This document shows, in pieces, positions 36,512 to 50,449 of a stretch of DNA of 64,000 bases (the stretch's first letter is position 1; every line of letters starts with the position of its first letter). Origin of the DNA: Utricularia gibba (lineage: Eukaryota; Plantae; Magnoliophyta); contig NEEC01000012.1 in assembly GCA_002189035.1 (NCBI GenBank), positions 1,302,001 through 1,366,000 on the forward strand. Reading direction: 5' to 3'. The notes beneath the pieces are model-generated. The model was not told the DNA's origin. It worked only from the letters and a program-made list of their open reading frames with translations, and did no database searches. A program made the position numbers and the translations under genes.

Positions 36512-39500
36512 GACTGTTTTCACATCCATCTATCATATCTCATAATCAAAATGAGCAGAAATGGCAAGTAAAATTTGAATGGACTTAAGCATAGCAATAG
36601 GCAACAAGGTTTTGTCATCATCAACACCTTGTTTCTGATGATCTCCTTTTGCCACAAGTCTTGCCTTATAGATAGATATATTTCCATCCATGTCAATTTT
36701 CCTTTTGAATACCCCATTTGCATCCAATAGGATTTACTCACATGGCATTGATCAATGTCCATACATTTTTCTCATATATGGAATCCATTTCTGCTCCCAT
36801 GGCAACAATTCATTTACTTGACTCACCACTATTGATAGCTTCGTCATAAGTCCGAGGTTCCTCATCTAATATGAGGTCTCCCATGCCTTCGGCATCAACA
36901 ATGAAACCATATCTCACAATAAGGTTACATTGTCGGACTGATCTTCTGACAGAAAACGTGCTTGGTACATTTGGCAAATCAGATTGCTCAGGTTGATTGC
37001 TCACTGGCACATTACCAGCTTCTGGGATACAATTTCGAGATAGTGAGCCTAGATTACCTTTTAAGTCACCCACTAACGTCTCTATAGGTGTCATTGGCTC
37101 ATTCTCAAACATCTCTTCAAGTTCTAAAAAACTCCCACTTGCTTCTTTGAGGAGAAACTCTTTTTTTAAAAAGATAGCATTTCTCGAGATGAAAACCTTT
37201 CCCTCCTGAGGATTATACAAGTAGTATCCCATAGTTTCTTGTGGATAACTCAAGAAGAAACACTTGTCAGATTTGTTCTCCAACTTATTTGACTTCAACC
37301 TTCTTACATAAGCAGGGCATCCCCAAGCTTTGAGGCAGGAGAAACTCGGTTTTCTACCAGTCCAAATCTCATAAGGAGTGGTTTCAACTGATTTCGATGA
37401 GGCCTTGTTCAAAACATGAGCCGCTACCTCTAAGGCATATCCCCACATGGACTTCGGTAATTCTGCGAAACTCATCATGGATCGAACCATGCCAAGCAAA
37501 GTTCGATTTCTCCTCTCAGAAGCACCATTGTGCTAAGGTGTGTCAGGAAGAGTTCTTTCTGAGACAATACTGTTGTCTTTTAGATGATTTTTGAATTCAT
37601 TACTCAAGTATTCCCCACCATGATCTGATCGAATTTTCTTGATGGAACACTCAAGTTTGTTCTTGACCTCCATCCGAAACTCTTTGAACTTTTCAAAGGC
37701 TTCAGACTTCCGTTTCATCAAGTCGATGCATCCATATTTCGAATGGTCATCTGTAAAAGTGATGAAATACGAGAAACCCCCTCTAGTAGTGATGTAAGTA
37801 CTCAACACGCTTCTTGTTTATATGGCCTAAACAACAATGCCAGAGGTAAGAATTCAAGACATTGTCAATCCTTGGCCTTTTCATACACATGTAAATTTGT
37901 TTTGAATCATGCTGATCCAAAACATATATTCCGTTTACTGTCATAGCAGTACCATAATGCACGTTCCCACGTCATATGGAACAACAATTGTTCTTTATAG
38001 AAAACTTGAAACCAAGAACAAGAAATACAGACAATATTCTTAGACAATGAGGGAACACAATAAACAGAATCTAATTCAAGAGATAATCCAGAAGGTAGGG
38101 CGATGTGGCAAGTCCCAACTGCCATGGCAGCAACTCGTGCACCATTCCCAACTCTTAGGTCAACATCGCCTTTCTTCAAGATTCTACAACTCATTAGGTC
38201 CTGCATGTTAGTGCAAATGTGAGCACCACAACCAAAATCTAACACCCAAGAACCATTCTTGATAGTAGTGTTAATCTCAATCATGTGTATACCTCAAGCT
38301 GAATTCACATTCTGCTTCTTGCCCTTGATTGACTCTAGGTAAGCTTTGCAGTTTCTCTTTCAATGATCAGATTTCCCACACTGAAAGCATTCACCCTTAG
38401 CTGGTTTTTCAATTGGCTTCTTCTTCTTGATCTCACTTTTAGCTTTGAGTTTCTTGTCTTGACTCTTCTTCTTGAAATCCTTTTTCCTTGAAGAGACAAG
38501 CATGACATTCTTTTGTTCCTTTGTGATAGTTGTCTCAACAAACTTGAGTAACTGAATCAATTAAGGAATAGTTTGATCCATCTTGTTCATCTGATAGTTC
38601 ATCATAAACTGTGAATAACTATCAGGTAGTGAGGTAAGGATCAAGTCAATACTCAAGTCCTTATCCAACACAAAACCAAGAGTGGACAACTTCTCAATGT
38701 AACTAAACATCAATGTCGCATGATCAGCAGCAGAACTTCCTTCTGCCAAGCGACAATTGAACAACAGCTTTGATGTCTTGAACCTTTCAAGTCGTGAGTG
38801 CTCGCCAAACAGATCCTTGATATGTGTTATCATCTATTGGCAAGTCATTGCCTCATGATGTTTTTGGAGATCAGGGGCCATCGAAGCAAGCATGACACAG
38901 AAGACAAGCTCAGCATCATCTAGATACTTTTGATATGCACGCCGAACATCTTCAGCTGCATTAGCCCTGGGTTGTGCAGGAACATCTTGCTTAAGGATGT
39001 AAGCAATCTTCTCCGCCTTGAGAATAATTCTCAAATTGCAGTGCCAATTAGTAAAATTCGAGCCAACCAACTTTTTGGGCTCTAGAATGGATCTCAAATT
39101 CATACTGGAAGACATATCTTCAACCTGAAGAAGAGAAAGCAAACACATCATGTAGTGTTCCTTAAATCACATCTAATTGGTCTTTATCAAATGTGATATA
39201 CTCCCACTATGTTTTTCAAGATGACAACCCCTTACTGACAAAACGAGAAAATCACATTTTCTTAGTGGGACAGTGTCTCATTTTATTCATCTCCTTCTTA
39301 ACTGTAGCCAACAACCTTTAATGAATGAAACAGGTAGCCATCTCATGCCAATTGTATCTCATACAACCACTGTATTATTGAGTCATCAACTCTTGATGTA
39401 AAAACTATTTACCTCAACCTTTCCTCCAATTTTACCAACCTTGGCTTTAGTCAACAAGTTGATAAAATCAGTTAAGCCAACCCACTGTGAATCTTATTCC

Positions 39501-41770
39501 ATAATTCGAACGTGTCATGTGTAGTGGAGAGCTTGACGGTAGCCAACAACTCTATGCACTAAAAATGACTCTCGTTCTTCTTATGTCAGTGGAAGGAATA
39601 AGCTTAATTATTTAGTAGGAGATTTTTCCATATGCAACTCTTGCACTATGGATATCAATGTCCTATCAAATAGGCATCTTGGTAAACCTTGCCCTTTCGT
39701 TCATAACGCATCATATCCTTGAATTTTCACACATAATGCTCGAAAATCCTAACTGACCCTAGATGTTTTGGTCACAAATAAGTTATCAAACATCATATGC
39801 ATTGATAATTCACCAATATGATCATCATGATCAAAATTCGTGCAAAGGCCATCATGCCCCACGACTACACATATATAAACCATCAACATGTTGTGTATAT
39901 ACACGTAAGATATGATTCTCGAAAGCATCAATCATCAATCAAATTTTGTGCATCATAGGCAGCAAAACAATCCAACATGATCAGATTTCTGCATCACATG
40001 CTATTATGATGATCACCGGCAAGGAAACATGCGAGAACATCTCGCAAAATCACATGCTATTACGATAATCGCCAGCAAGGCAACAGACGAGAACATCTCG
40101 CAGAATCATATGCTATTACGATGATCGCCGGCAAGGCAACATATGAGAACATCTCATAAAATCACCAAAGATTTTAATGTGTCACCGGCAATGCAACATA
40201 CAAGAACATCTCGTAATGTCAACAAAGATTCTAATGTATACACGTATTCTGTAACCTGGCTATGATACCACTGTACGGTTTCTCGTAGACATCGTATGTC
40301 ACAAAAGCAGAGGAATTTAAAATTTTTTGAGAAACACCCAACTCAAATCTTGGAATACGGTATACACCAGATAAGGGGATGCTGAAAATACCTTTCAGCG
40401 CACTCCATTATTCACCAACCGCCAATAGCAGACGACCTCTATGTAATCCACACGTGAAGCACTCCACCGATAACCTTCTCAAGGCTGTAGAATACTGGTC
40501 GAATTCCTCAGATGCTAGTAGAGAAAATCGCCCCCTTGTGGATCAATCTCAGAGAGCATGAAGATGATAGAAGATCTGTAGATCTAAATCTTTTGATAGA
40601 TATGTGGTAACATATCAAATCATATCTCCGTAAAGATCTTATTTTGTGGAGATATGTATATGTTCCAAATCTTATCTATATCAGATCTTTTATTTTGAGT
40701 TTAATCAACATTAATCTCAAAATAACTCTCTATTTAATTTATCCACTTTACCAATTACATCTCATGTAATTGTGTCATTCTATTTTATATCGATGAGTGA
40801 CTCCACTATTCTGTGTGACCCTATTGGCTTCTTCAATCAAAGCTGTAATAATGGATTTATTAATTAACTCTTAATCAATCAAATCCATCATTATTGATTA
40901 TGAATGATGTTTAGCAATATATCATGATTCCCAAAAATAAAGAATAATCAGGTGAATTGATTGAGTCTTTCCATGTCCAACCACCATGCAATAAACAGCT
41001 TTCATCATACTTATATCTCATTCGATTACAGAACATGGGTGTGTGTCTTTCTGATATATCGAACTTATAATTGCATTCAAGTACTAACACCCAATGGCCT
41101 ACTCAAACAATTCGAGTGTCATTACCCTGGGCTAAGACTTATTGTTAGGCTTTGATGCAATTACTTGAGATATGATCTCATTGCTAACATAAGTGATGAA
41201 TCCTTTATTGATCAATCAACTATCTCCAACTTTAAGGAGTCACATCCCTACTTATCCATACTAGGTAAGCCACGGTTAGGCTCTCATTAGTAATGAGCGA
41301 AAATGTGAGTTTAAGATCAAGATAACTTTGTTGACCTCAAGTCTAAGCTTACTTGCACGGCTGTCATAATCGAGATCTTGCTACTGACACTTGGTTAGCT
41401 TCCCATAGTAGCATCTCGAAGATGAGTCATCCAATGAATCGATTCTCCAATCGAAACCCACACATAGGTTCTAGTAATCTCATTACATCAATTGTGAGAA
41501 CCATTACCTAAACAATTTAGGAAACTCAATGTGTGCCAGCTTATCCGTATTTGTGATATCCTCATTTCACAAATACTCTAGCCAGGGAGTTTTTTAATTT
41601 GAACATAAATGTTTGTAGAATCTCACATTATGATCTCATCATAATTTCTATAGCACATAAATCAAGTAGAAGATTTTATCAATGATATAAACTTGATCAC
41701 ATTTCAAGGTAAACATCAAAAGATAAGATTTGCCAATGAGTTGATTGTCTCTAGAACACATTCACCAACA
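36512..41770 (-). mobile_element. Ty1/copia, Angela-like element C5, 3'-truncated in RT
   Basis: ~1.5-kb 5' LTR 40272-41770 (TGTTGGTGAATGTGTTCTAG..CA), PBS TGGTATCATAGCC 40270-40258, long leader, gag NLRSILEPKKLVGSNFTNWHCNLRIIL, protease WVLDFGCGAHIC, integrase, RT YKARLVAKG ending at DYEI..MDVKT. Confidence 0.9.
39993..40235. repeat. Tandem array, 56-bp unit, ~4.3 copies, in the C5 leader
   Basis: Units begin at 39993, 40049, 40105, 40161 (ATCACATGCTATTA.GAT.ATC.CC.GCAAGG.AACA...GAGAACATCTC); later units diverge. Confidence 0.88.
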
Positions 41771-42121
41771 GGTTTTGGGTTCAAATTGTTTGACCCGTAA
41801 AACCCGAACCCAAACCGATATATAAATATTTTTAAAATATTAATAAAATTTAATTTTTTATGAGCTTAATAATTAACATATTTTTAATTCCAATTCATAC
41901 TTTTAACTTTTAAAATTATTATAGTGAAAATTTAAAAAGTATGCCTTTCAAATCATATTTAAATTTATATTAAAATCAAAATTGAATCCATTGAGTGTTG
42001 GGTTTTGGGTTTGGGTTCGGGTCCTTGCTGGGTTCAGTTCGGGTTGGGCCCAACAGAGATTCATCAGGTCGGGTTCGGTTTTGAGAGTACCCGGACCGAA
42101 CCCAGCCCATTGACATCTTTA
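41771..42121 (+). mobile_element. hAT-type transposon terminal fragment
   Basis: Subterminal GGGTTCGG/CCGAACCC clusters ending in TIR CCATTGACATCTTTA; homologous to 48170-48326; cut on the left by the C5 LTR. Confidence 0.72.
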
Positions 42122-42129
42122 GATTCATT

Positions 42130-42425
42130 ATCCAGATGGTCTCAAGTCCTTGAAAGTGGAAGAAGTACAATTTCCCCAACTACTAACTCTTAAAATACAT
42201 GAAGTGAATAGCAATATCATCCCCCGTGATAATATTTGTGATATTACATGTAATATTACAACTCTATGCTCGACATATTTATGGTATTGCGGAGCCTCGA
42301 TCATTAGATCAGCCAAGAAAATATTAAGAGAAAAGAGATATGATTGGGTGGATGAGGACTTCTATGTTGTGGTTGATGGCAATATATTGATGTTGGAGGA
42401 AGAAGAAGAAGAAAAAGGATACTAA
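42130..42425 (+). pseudogene. F-box/LRR(FBD)-like gene remnant, copy 1 (3' piece)
   Basis: QFPQLLTLKIHEV...AKKILREKRYDWVDEDFYVVVDG shares motifs with copies 2 and 3; 5' end replaced by the hAT end. Confidence 0.5.
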
Positions 42426-42559
42426 TGAAAATGAGGATTGGGAAATAATTGTTTTAGTGTACAAGTACTTCTACATATTCATTAGAACCAAGAACATGAT
42501 CTATTGCTTGAGCCGTGACGTAAAAAATCATCCATTGAGAACATTTATGCGAGAGAGTT

Positions 42560-43488
42560 AAGATATTACATTTGTGAGATATTTAAAGTGTTTCATGACT
42601 CATGTCTTAGAGTTTTATGAAACATCCCCCATAAATTGTACATAGATGGTGTGCTATGATAGAATCTTCTATCAATGATGTTTTATGGTACCCTCAAATG
42701 GTACCAATTTCATTGGTTTTTATATCGAATGCAAAAAGATTGAATTATGGTAGCAATATTGTTCTCGAGTGCTGCATCTCACTTTTTCATCCAGATGCAA
42801 GTTTAAGATTCCATATTTTCATAAAATAGCAGAAGACGTCATATCTTTTAAATCACTGCAACTTTTAAGTCATTATTACCCAGGAAAACTGTTATGGAAT
42901 ATTAAAGAAAATATATGTGGTGCAGAACATTTGTAAAATATGATGCCACAGTTTAAGGAAGTGGAAATTTGAATCTTTGAGTTGAAGTTTTCCCTCGGAT
43001 CTCACTCTTTGAAATGCCTGGGAATTTATGGCTCCAAGCATCCAGGTGGGCAGCGGCAGCTTGATATCCACTGTCCCCAACTTACAGTGCTCTGGCTACA
43101 CGATGTTCAGTCTGCATCCTATCATCTTCCTTATGTTTCATCTTTGCAACCCATACGATTGGATGGTTGGGTAGATTTAGCTGTGCAATCAGCGATTGAA
43201 ATACTAAAGAGGAAGCAGAGGTTGGGAGATGAGAGATTTTATGTAAAGAAGGATGGAAGGTTGTGGAACCCTGAGGATGCAGATTCCTGCTCAGAGGAGC
43301 TCGAAGAGGGCGATGCAGAGGAAGAAGAAGATGGGTTTGCAGTGTTAAAAACAATGATGATGAACATGGAAGGATGCGATGGAGATGGGCGTGACTACAG
43401 TGATGTAATACACTACCACAGAAGATTAAGAACACTGCAGCAAATGGAGCAGTTGATCATCTTTGGCAAAGGCAGCGAGCGAAGGTAG
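42560..43488 (+). pseudogene. F-box/LRR(FBD)-like gene remnant, copy 2
   Basis: ORF 42982-43488: LKCLGIYGS...LDIHCPQLTVLWLHDV (LRR pattern of plant F-box/LRR proteins); upstream SFKSLQLL remnant broken by stops. Confidence 0.55.
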
Positions 43489-44199
43489 ACATGGCGCGTT
43501 CGGTTAAGATTGACGAGGGCGAATCCACCCATTTGCGCAGCTCCCGCATGAATTTTTCAAAATAAAAATGACATGCTTTACCATTTACTCGAAAAATAGA
43601 CATGAAAATAAAAATAAAAAGAAGATAAATAAATAGTCACAATCTAGTTCTTATATGCAAACTTTTTACAAATTGTTATTACATGTTAGAGTATATAATA
43701 CAGTATCATTATTTTTAAATATGTATATGAATAAAAATTCTTAATAACGAGAATAAAGAACTCAATCAAACTCAACGAACGTTTGGAATTTTCTAAAAAT
43801 AATTTTATTCTGTTTGGAAAATGTATAACTTGGAAGTAGTAAATTTTTTGTGAGAATATTTGAATAAGAAGTTAAAAAAAAAAACTTTGTAATTTTTATA
43901 AAAACATATATGAGTCCGTACCAATTATTTGTGTGAACATTTTTTCAAACACATGTGGCTGCTGTTTGTTGATAAGGTAGAGAAAGACGTGTGAGGACGA
44001 CAATTAGAGAACGCCATCTTCCTGTTGACTCAATCATTCACAGACGCTGTGGTGCTACCTTCTCTTCATTGAGCTCCTAAACCCACTTCTTATGGTGTGC
44101 GAATTTGTGGAGCTTTTGACAGGGGCGGGGTTGCAGATGAAAGAACCACCGAATGGTAGGATGGTTACCAATTCTTGCACTGGTTGTTATGACATCAGG

Positions 44200-47100
44200 A
44201 TTTTCACACTAGTTATACAACTAGTGAAGGTTGGACAAATAATAAAAAAAAAGAGCGATGCACTGATTTGATAAAAACCAGTTTTGATTGATGAATATCA
44301 GCACATCACCATCAGCTATTCTTGTGCCAAAAAACATAAAAGACTAAGTCAAACGAACAGAACTTAAAGACTATAGAAAAAATAAAAGAAACCGTAAGTG
44401 GGTGAGTGGGCTTGTTCATGACACCATAATTTTCGAAGAGGTGGCTGACTAAGTCAGGAACTGACGTGGATCATGTTTTTATCACTGATATTGAGGCTTG
44501 CTGACTTCATATGATCCAATAGACTCCCCCTTGAAGTTAGCACTACTCACAAGTCCAAGCTTGCTCTGAAACGTTGCAAACATACCGGCTGACAGAGGCT
44601 TGGTCAGCATATCCACAAGCTGCAATTCTATGGGACAGTATTCAACACATATTTGCTGATCCTTAAGCAATTCTCTCATGGCATGATACTTGATAGAAAT
44701 ATGCTTGGTTCGACCATGAAACACAGGATCTTTGATCATGGCAATTGCACTTGAAGAATCACAATGAAGCTTAATTGCCACAGTCTGCTTCAAACCTAGA
44801 TCTTTCAGCATTTTTCGTAACCATACAGCATTGTTTGCTGCTAAGAAAGCAGCAATATATTCAGCTTCTGCTGTGGATTGAGCAACCAGGCTTTGTTTTT
44901 TGAACTCCAGCTGATCATTGCGGTTCCAATGTGGAAAACATAGCCACTTGTACTTCTAAAATATGTATCACCAGCAAAGTTTGCATCAACATAGCCTTCA
45001 AGCTGAGTAGTTGGATTTCTGCGATAGAGTAGGCCATAGTTTAAAGTTCCAGCAACATAGCGAAGAATTTGTTTAACACAAGTGAGCAGGTTTGCTGTTG
45101 GTTGATGCATGTAGCGAGAGATAAAGCCAACAGCTTGTGCTAAGTCTGGTCTAGTATTGGTTAAGAACATGAGGCATCCAATCATGGCCCTCACAAGTGT
45201 ACTCTCAAGCTTGGGACTGGTTTGTGTCACTAGATCAATAGCTTTAGTACCTGCTAAGAGTGGAGTGGATATAGGAGTGCAACCTGCAAGACCAAATCGA
45301 TGCAACATATTCCTTACATATTTGCCTTGCGTGACCAGTACACCCTTTGCTAATTGCTGTACTTCTATGCCCAAAAACTGATTCATAAGCTCAAGATCAG
45401 TTATTTGACACTTGGTTCTCATGAACTCCTTGAAATCAGTAATGAAGCATTCATCCTCCCCAGTAATAAGTATGTCATCAACATAAATGACAATCACTAG
45501 ACAATGCTTGGTCGAAGGATGCTTCACAAATAATGCAGCTTCGTTTTGACTCTTTTCAAACCCAAAGTCCAGTAGGGCTGCTTCAAGCTTAGAGTACCAG
45601 GCTCTAGGAGCCTGTTTCAAGCCATAGAGGGCTTTTGACAGTAAAAGAACTTGGTGATTATTCACCTAAAAACCTGGTGGTTGGACTGCATATATTCGTT
45701 CTTGCAACTCACCATTTAAAAAGGCAGATTTCACATCTATTTGATGGATGTTCTAGTGTTTCTGAGCTGATATTGATAGAATCAACTATATGGTGTCAAA
45801 CCAAACAACTAGTGCGAAAGTCTCAAAATAATCTACATTCTTGAGAATACCCCTTTGCCCCAAGTCTAGCTTTGTATTTTTGGACACTACCATCAGGATT
45901 TGTTTTGATCCGGAATACTCATTTTAAGCCGACCATATTTGCATCATGTGGGGCATCAACCAATGTCCAAGTACCATGCTACTCGATCATATTGAGTTCG
46001 ATTAACATAGCTTCTCTCCAATGAGGAAGAAGCAAAGCCTCAGTGATAGTATCTGGTTCAGTTTCAGGGATTGCCACATTTGCATACTCATAAACCTCTG
46101 ATAGTAGTTTGGTTCAAGCAGGAGGTGAGTCAGAAGATGTGGAATCAGAACCTGGAGTTGCAAAAGGCATCAGATTATCATCTGGTATTTGTTTAGCACC
46201 TACATTATTTACCTCAAGCTGATGATCAGCCTCTGAATTTGGATTTGGTTGTTGCAGAGGTGCATCACCATCTAAGTCTTGCACTGGCCAATCATACAAT
46301 GTGGCCATATCAAAATCTTCACGTCTATGATTACCTGTATTGATCAGACCACGTTCAAGAGTATTTGGATGGCTAGAAGACCAATTCCAAATGTCTGCTT
46401 CATCTATCCTCACACTTCTGGTAATTAGCAGACTTTCGGTTAAAGGATTTGATGGGGTGTAAATCGGGCGAAGATAATCAGTCCCTGAAAAAGCTTCCAA
46501 AGGAAGTTCTTAGGAGACAATGCCTGCTGACAGACCGATGTGTGTCATAAACCTGCAGCGGCGGCCGTATGGCGCGGTCTGAAAAGCAGTCGAATTACGG
46601 CAAAACAGGCGTACGATATCTGGAAAGCAAGGCTGTATAGCAGGCTCAAAAGTAACCGACGCCCGCAGGGGCAGAGAATTGGCTAGGCTGGCTTCCCCTA
46701 TAAATAAAAGGTGCCATAACAGGGGAAGGGGGGGGGGGACTCCAAATCTGTATCATTCTTCATCATCTCCATCTAGTAAACATTTTCTCCGGCGAGCTCC
46801 GATAGCTCCGTGGTTTTTCCGCCTCACGGTGGTTTCCACGTAAAAAATCCCTGCCTACTTCTAACTCATCCAATCCAGTCGGTCAGACGACAAAAAAGAA
46901 AAACGACACCATATGCAATACAAAAATCGACCTAATCAGGCATATAGATTTTCACCCAGCAACAGGATTAAAGGTTCGATATCCCTTTGTGACTTCAGAA
47001 TAACCAACCAGAATCCTTGCAGCACCCTTCGCATCCAGTTTTGTTCATGCTACTGGTGTGGTTAGATAATAGACCACTGATCCCAAAATTCGCAAATGTT

Positions 47101-47600
47101 GACAAGATGGAGTAACTCCTGTCCATTTTTCATATGCAGTTACACCATTTAGTGCCTTACTAGGAAGCCGGTTTTGAAGATAAAAAGCAGTAGCTACAAC
47201 CTCTCTCTATAGGAAATTTGGCACTTGTTTGTCTAGGAGTAGACATCTCACCATTGACATGATGCTTTGGTTTTTCCTCTCAGCTGCGATTGAGTATGAG
47301 GGACAGTTTTATGATGTAAAACTCCCTACTGCTGTGAGAAAACTTCAAATATTGTGGAACAAAATTCTCCATCATTATCTGTACGTAAGCATTTGAGTGG
47401 AGGTCACTCTCTTTTTCTGCATAAGCCTTGAAGACTAGAAATTTTTCATATGCATCAGCTTTGTATCTCAAGAAGTATACCTAGCAATAACGCGTAAAGT
47501 CATCAATAAAGGTTAAAAAAATACTTACTTCCTCCTAATGAATCGACTTTCATTGGCCCACAAAGATCTGTGTGCACCAACACCAACTTTACAGTAGCTC
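44200..47600 (-). mobile_element. Ty1/copia element C6 (INT-RT-RNase H-3' LTR), 5'-truncated
   Basis: LVHTDLCGPM..FIDDFTR integrase, RT LSKALYGLKQAPRAWY/IYVDDIL, RNase H RTKHISIKYH, PPT AAGGGGGAG at ~44522-44532. Confidence 0.9.
46450..46964 (+). mobile_element. Solo LTR, ~515-bp family (copy 2) nested in C6
   Basis: TGATGGGG...AACA ends with perfect TSD GGATT (46445-46449, 46965-46969). Confidence 0.9.
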
Positions 47601-47604
47601 TGAA

Positions 47605-48326
47605 GTTAGCAAAATGAGGCAAAAGTTTTTGTATCAGTTTACCTTGTGCACAGATACCACACTGAGGCAACTATATGGAAATTCATATCCTATTTTGAAG
47701 AAGATTGCCATGGACATTTTAGTTATTCCTATTTCTACCGTTGCTTCGGAGTCTGCATTTAGTATGAGTGGAAATATTGTTACGGATATTCGAAGTAGAC
47801 TTGATGATAATTTTTTGGAACCTTTGATGGTTGGCCGTCATTGGGCTTGGAATGACATTAATGGTAAGTACAAGTTTAATAAGATTATTTGCATGTTTAT
47901 GCTATTGATTTACTTTTTGTTTTATTGCTTTTATTGTTTAAGGAGCATGTTCTACAAGAGAGTGTTCTGCATGGGTGCAAAAACATGAAGTTGAAGATGA
48001 AAAAGTAGAACCGTATGTTCATGGATTTAGAGAGTAAAATAATTCACAATTTTTGATAACCTTATTTAATTTAAATATTTGAATTTAATTTATTTTTTGT
48101 ATTAATTTTTTTATCATATTATTTTAAGATAAAACATAAAAAAAGTTTGATATAATTTTAAGTAGGTTAGAACCAAAACCGAAACCGAACCCGTTGGGTC
48201 TTGTTTTTTGGGTTTGGGTTCGGGTCTTTGCCGGTCGGGTTTAGGGTTCAAACTAAGTAAGGGATTCCTTGGGTCAGGTTCGGTTTTGAGGATACCCGAA
48301 CCGAACCCAGACCATTGACATCTTTG
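47605..48326 (+). mobile_element. hAT transposon 3' end with transposase dimerisation-domain remnant
   Basis: YPILKKIAMDILVIPISTVASESAFSMSGNIVTDIRSRL is the hAT C-terminal dimerisation motif; TIR CCATTGACATCTTTG at 48312-48326. Confidence 0.9.
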
Positions 48327-48329
48327 GTA

Positions 48330-48843
48330 CTAGTTTACGATAAAACTAGTAGAACCAAGTATACCTAGTTCTATATACTTTGCATGTTGGTAGATCTAAT
48401 TGCAAAGTTGGTGATGATATTAGGAACTATTTTAGCAGAAAACATTATGAATAAGCTAGGTAGACATAGTTTGTTTAGAGTTGTGAGCATGAGAATATGG
48501 TAAATTAAATTAGACATCTTAGCACAACATCACCTACAGATCCTTAAGGCATCTTAGTCTTACTTTGTACTAGAACCAGTTATTGTTACCTTTAGTGTTG
48601 AGACTTGATCTTATTTATTGAACTTATTTACTACTATTAGTTTGAGCTTAGATTAACAATCATTGTTATATAGAATTTTGCATCACAAAAAATACATTGC
48701 AAGCGCCAGCTCCTTGTGATCAACCTCGAATTCCATTTTATATTTTATGTTTAATTTGTATTTTGTAAGTATTAAGAATTACAAATTTATTTGATATAAA
48801 AATTTCTATTTTTGCAATGACATTAGGAAATTTTCGTTCATCA
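48330..48843 (+). mobile_element. Partial Athila-like LTR (3' half)
   Basis: Homologous to the reverse complement of 55274-55760; ends GGAAATTTTCGTTCATCA. Confidence 0.78.
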
Positions 48844-49529
48844 AGTTCATTTACCGCACCACATGAGTACCCTTTGATGGAACAAAGGAGTGAACACAAG
48901 GTCTTAGATAGTTCAACATAACCCAATTCCATCAGTCTTGCCCATATGCTACCGTGTCCATGAATGAACGGTTGCAATCAAGCGACAATCAAGGAACCAA
49001 ATCAAGAAAATCCACATTCCTTGTTAAGAGATGATCCTGCACCCGCGTCCTAAGATCATGCTTTGTTTCCTTTTTATTCATTGGACTCTCCCTTTAAATA
49101 GTTCATTTAAAAAAGAATAATGTAGATCTTCTTTGACGCTTGAATGAGAATATTTCCTCATCATTTACCATTTCTTCATGATATAAGAGCCCTCCTACTA
49201 ATATACTCAACTTGTGTAGGAATGTTGTGTGTAAGTGAATACCTGCATCTCACCCTATATCCCCTAAGGTAATTTTTCTAATATAAGAACATTAACACAT
49301 TCATCTGCACCAAGTATTCGATTAATACTGCCATGGCCGCACTCAAGATGACATGACCCTCTATGAAAAAATCCATGTCCCCTAAACAGTAGCGAAAATC
49401 GAGCAAAATAAATCCACACACACAGCACCACTGATTCTGAAATTGGAAAATCACAGATAAAAACCCACTATGCGGTGCTGCCGTGGACCAACCCACCAAG
49501 AACAGAAAACACACTTACTGAAAGACCTA

Positions 49530-50449
49530 CTCTTTGCGCCCAAAGAACACGTGACTTATGAGAGGATAAGATTTAGAGCAGAGATTTCCCTTCTATAAGC
49601 CTGAAGAAAAGACTAAGCTACCCTTAATTTTGAGCTGTAAAAGGGAAAAGGAGGGAGAGAGAAATGAGAGTACACTATGCACGTGGAGTGCACAAAGAGA
49701 CGTACATCATGAAGCAGGAGCGAGGAGAACGTCGTTTCTTCGGCGAACGTCTTCGGCGACCTCTAGATCTACTCTTCTACACCGTCTTTCAGCCCAGAAG
49801 TTTGATTTCCAACAGATCTACGATCGAGAGCAACCGCTGAACACTTTGTTTTCCATTTTCTGTATTCCATTCTGTTGACAAACTAGCTGTTGTTTCCGTA
49901 TGCACTTTCATGCTTTTTGTTACGTTTTTGTGCCTTGTTGTGAACGTGAAATTGTCTGTAGACCTTGTTTTAGGTTATAAACATGTTTTTGTTTATTTTT
50001 TTTACGTTTGCTTTTAAGCTTGATATGCTATTTACTGTTCCTGCAAACGTATACTCTATTTCTACAAACTCTTACTCTGTTTTTAAGTGTTTCAAAGCTG
50101 GGTTTAAGCCTATGGGCTCTCTTGAGTGACACAAGAGCTAGACCCTGGTGTAAAACCCAACCAAATTACTTTTATTTTATGTTTTTTGCACCTTCATGTT
50201 AATGTAGTGTCTCTTCATCCCTGCAACTCGTTTCTTTCAATCATTGTTATTTTAGATCTTATCCGTGTTAGAACTAAACCCAAGAAACCCCCATGTTTCA
50301 AGTAAATGCGATAAACTTCAGGAAATTGCAACCATTCCCTGTGGATTTAACTCTTGCTTGCCACACTACATTAATTTCTGTGATTTGTATAGTAGAATAG
50401 CCAACTTTATAAATTTCTTTTGATGGGTTAAATGTGCTAAACCGCGACA
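49530..50449 (+). mobile_element. Probable gypsy-type LTR remnant
   Basis: U5-like TCCCTGTGGATT and TATAAATTTCTTTTGAT...CGACA end resembling the other gypsy LTRs here; left boundary unclear. Confidence 0.45.

Noticed and set aside
39993-40235. Regular repeats as a CRISPR-like array
   Set aside because: Head-to-tail units with no unique spacers, no cas genes, eukaryotic retrotransposon context.
43980-44080. LPVDSIIHR as an F-box start
   Set aside because: Only a few residues resemble the F-box consensus and a stop follows within ~12 codons; unsupported.
48180-48310. GGGTTT/TTTAGGG-like motifs as interstitial telomere repeats
   Set aside because: Not tandem heptamers; they are hAT subterminal motifs.
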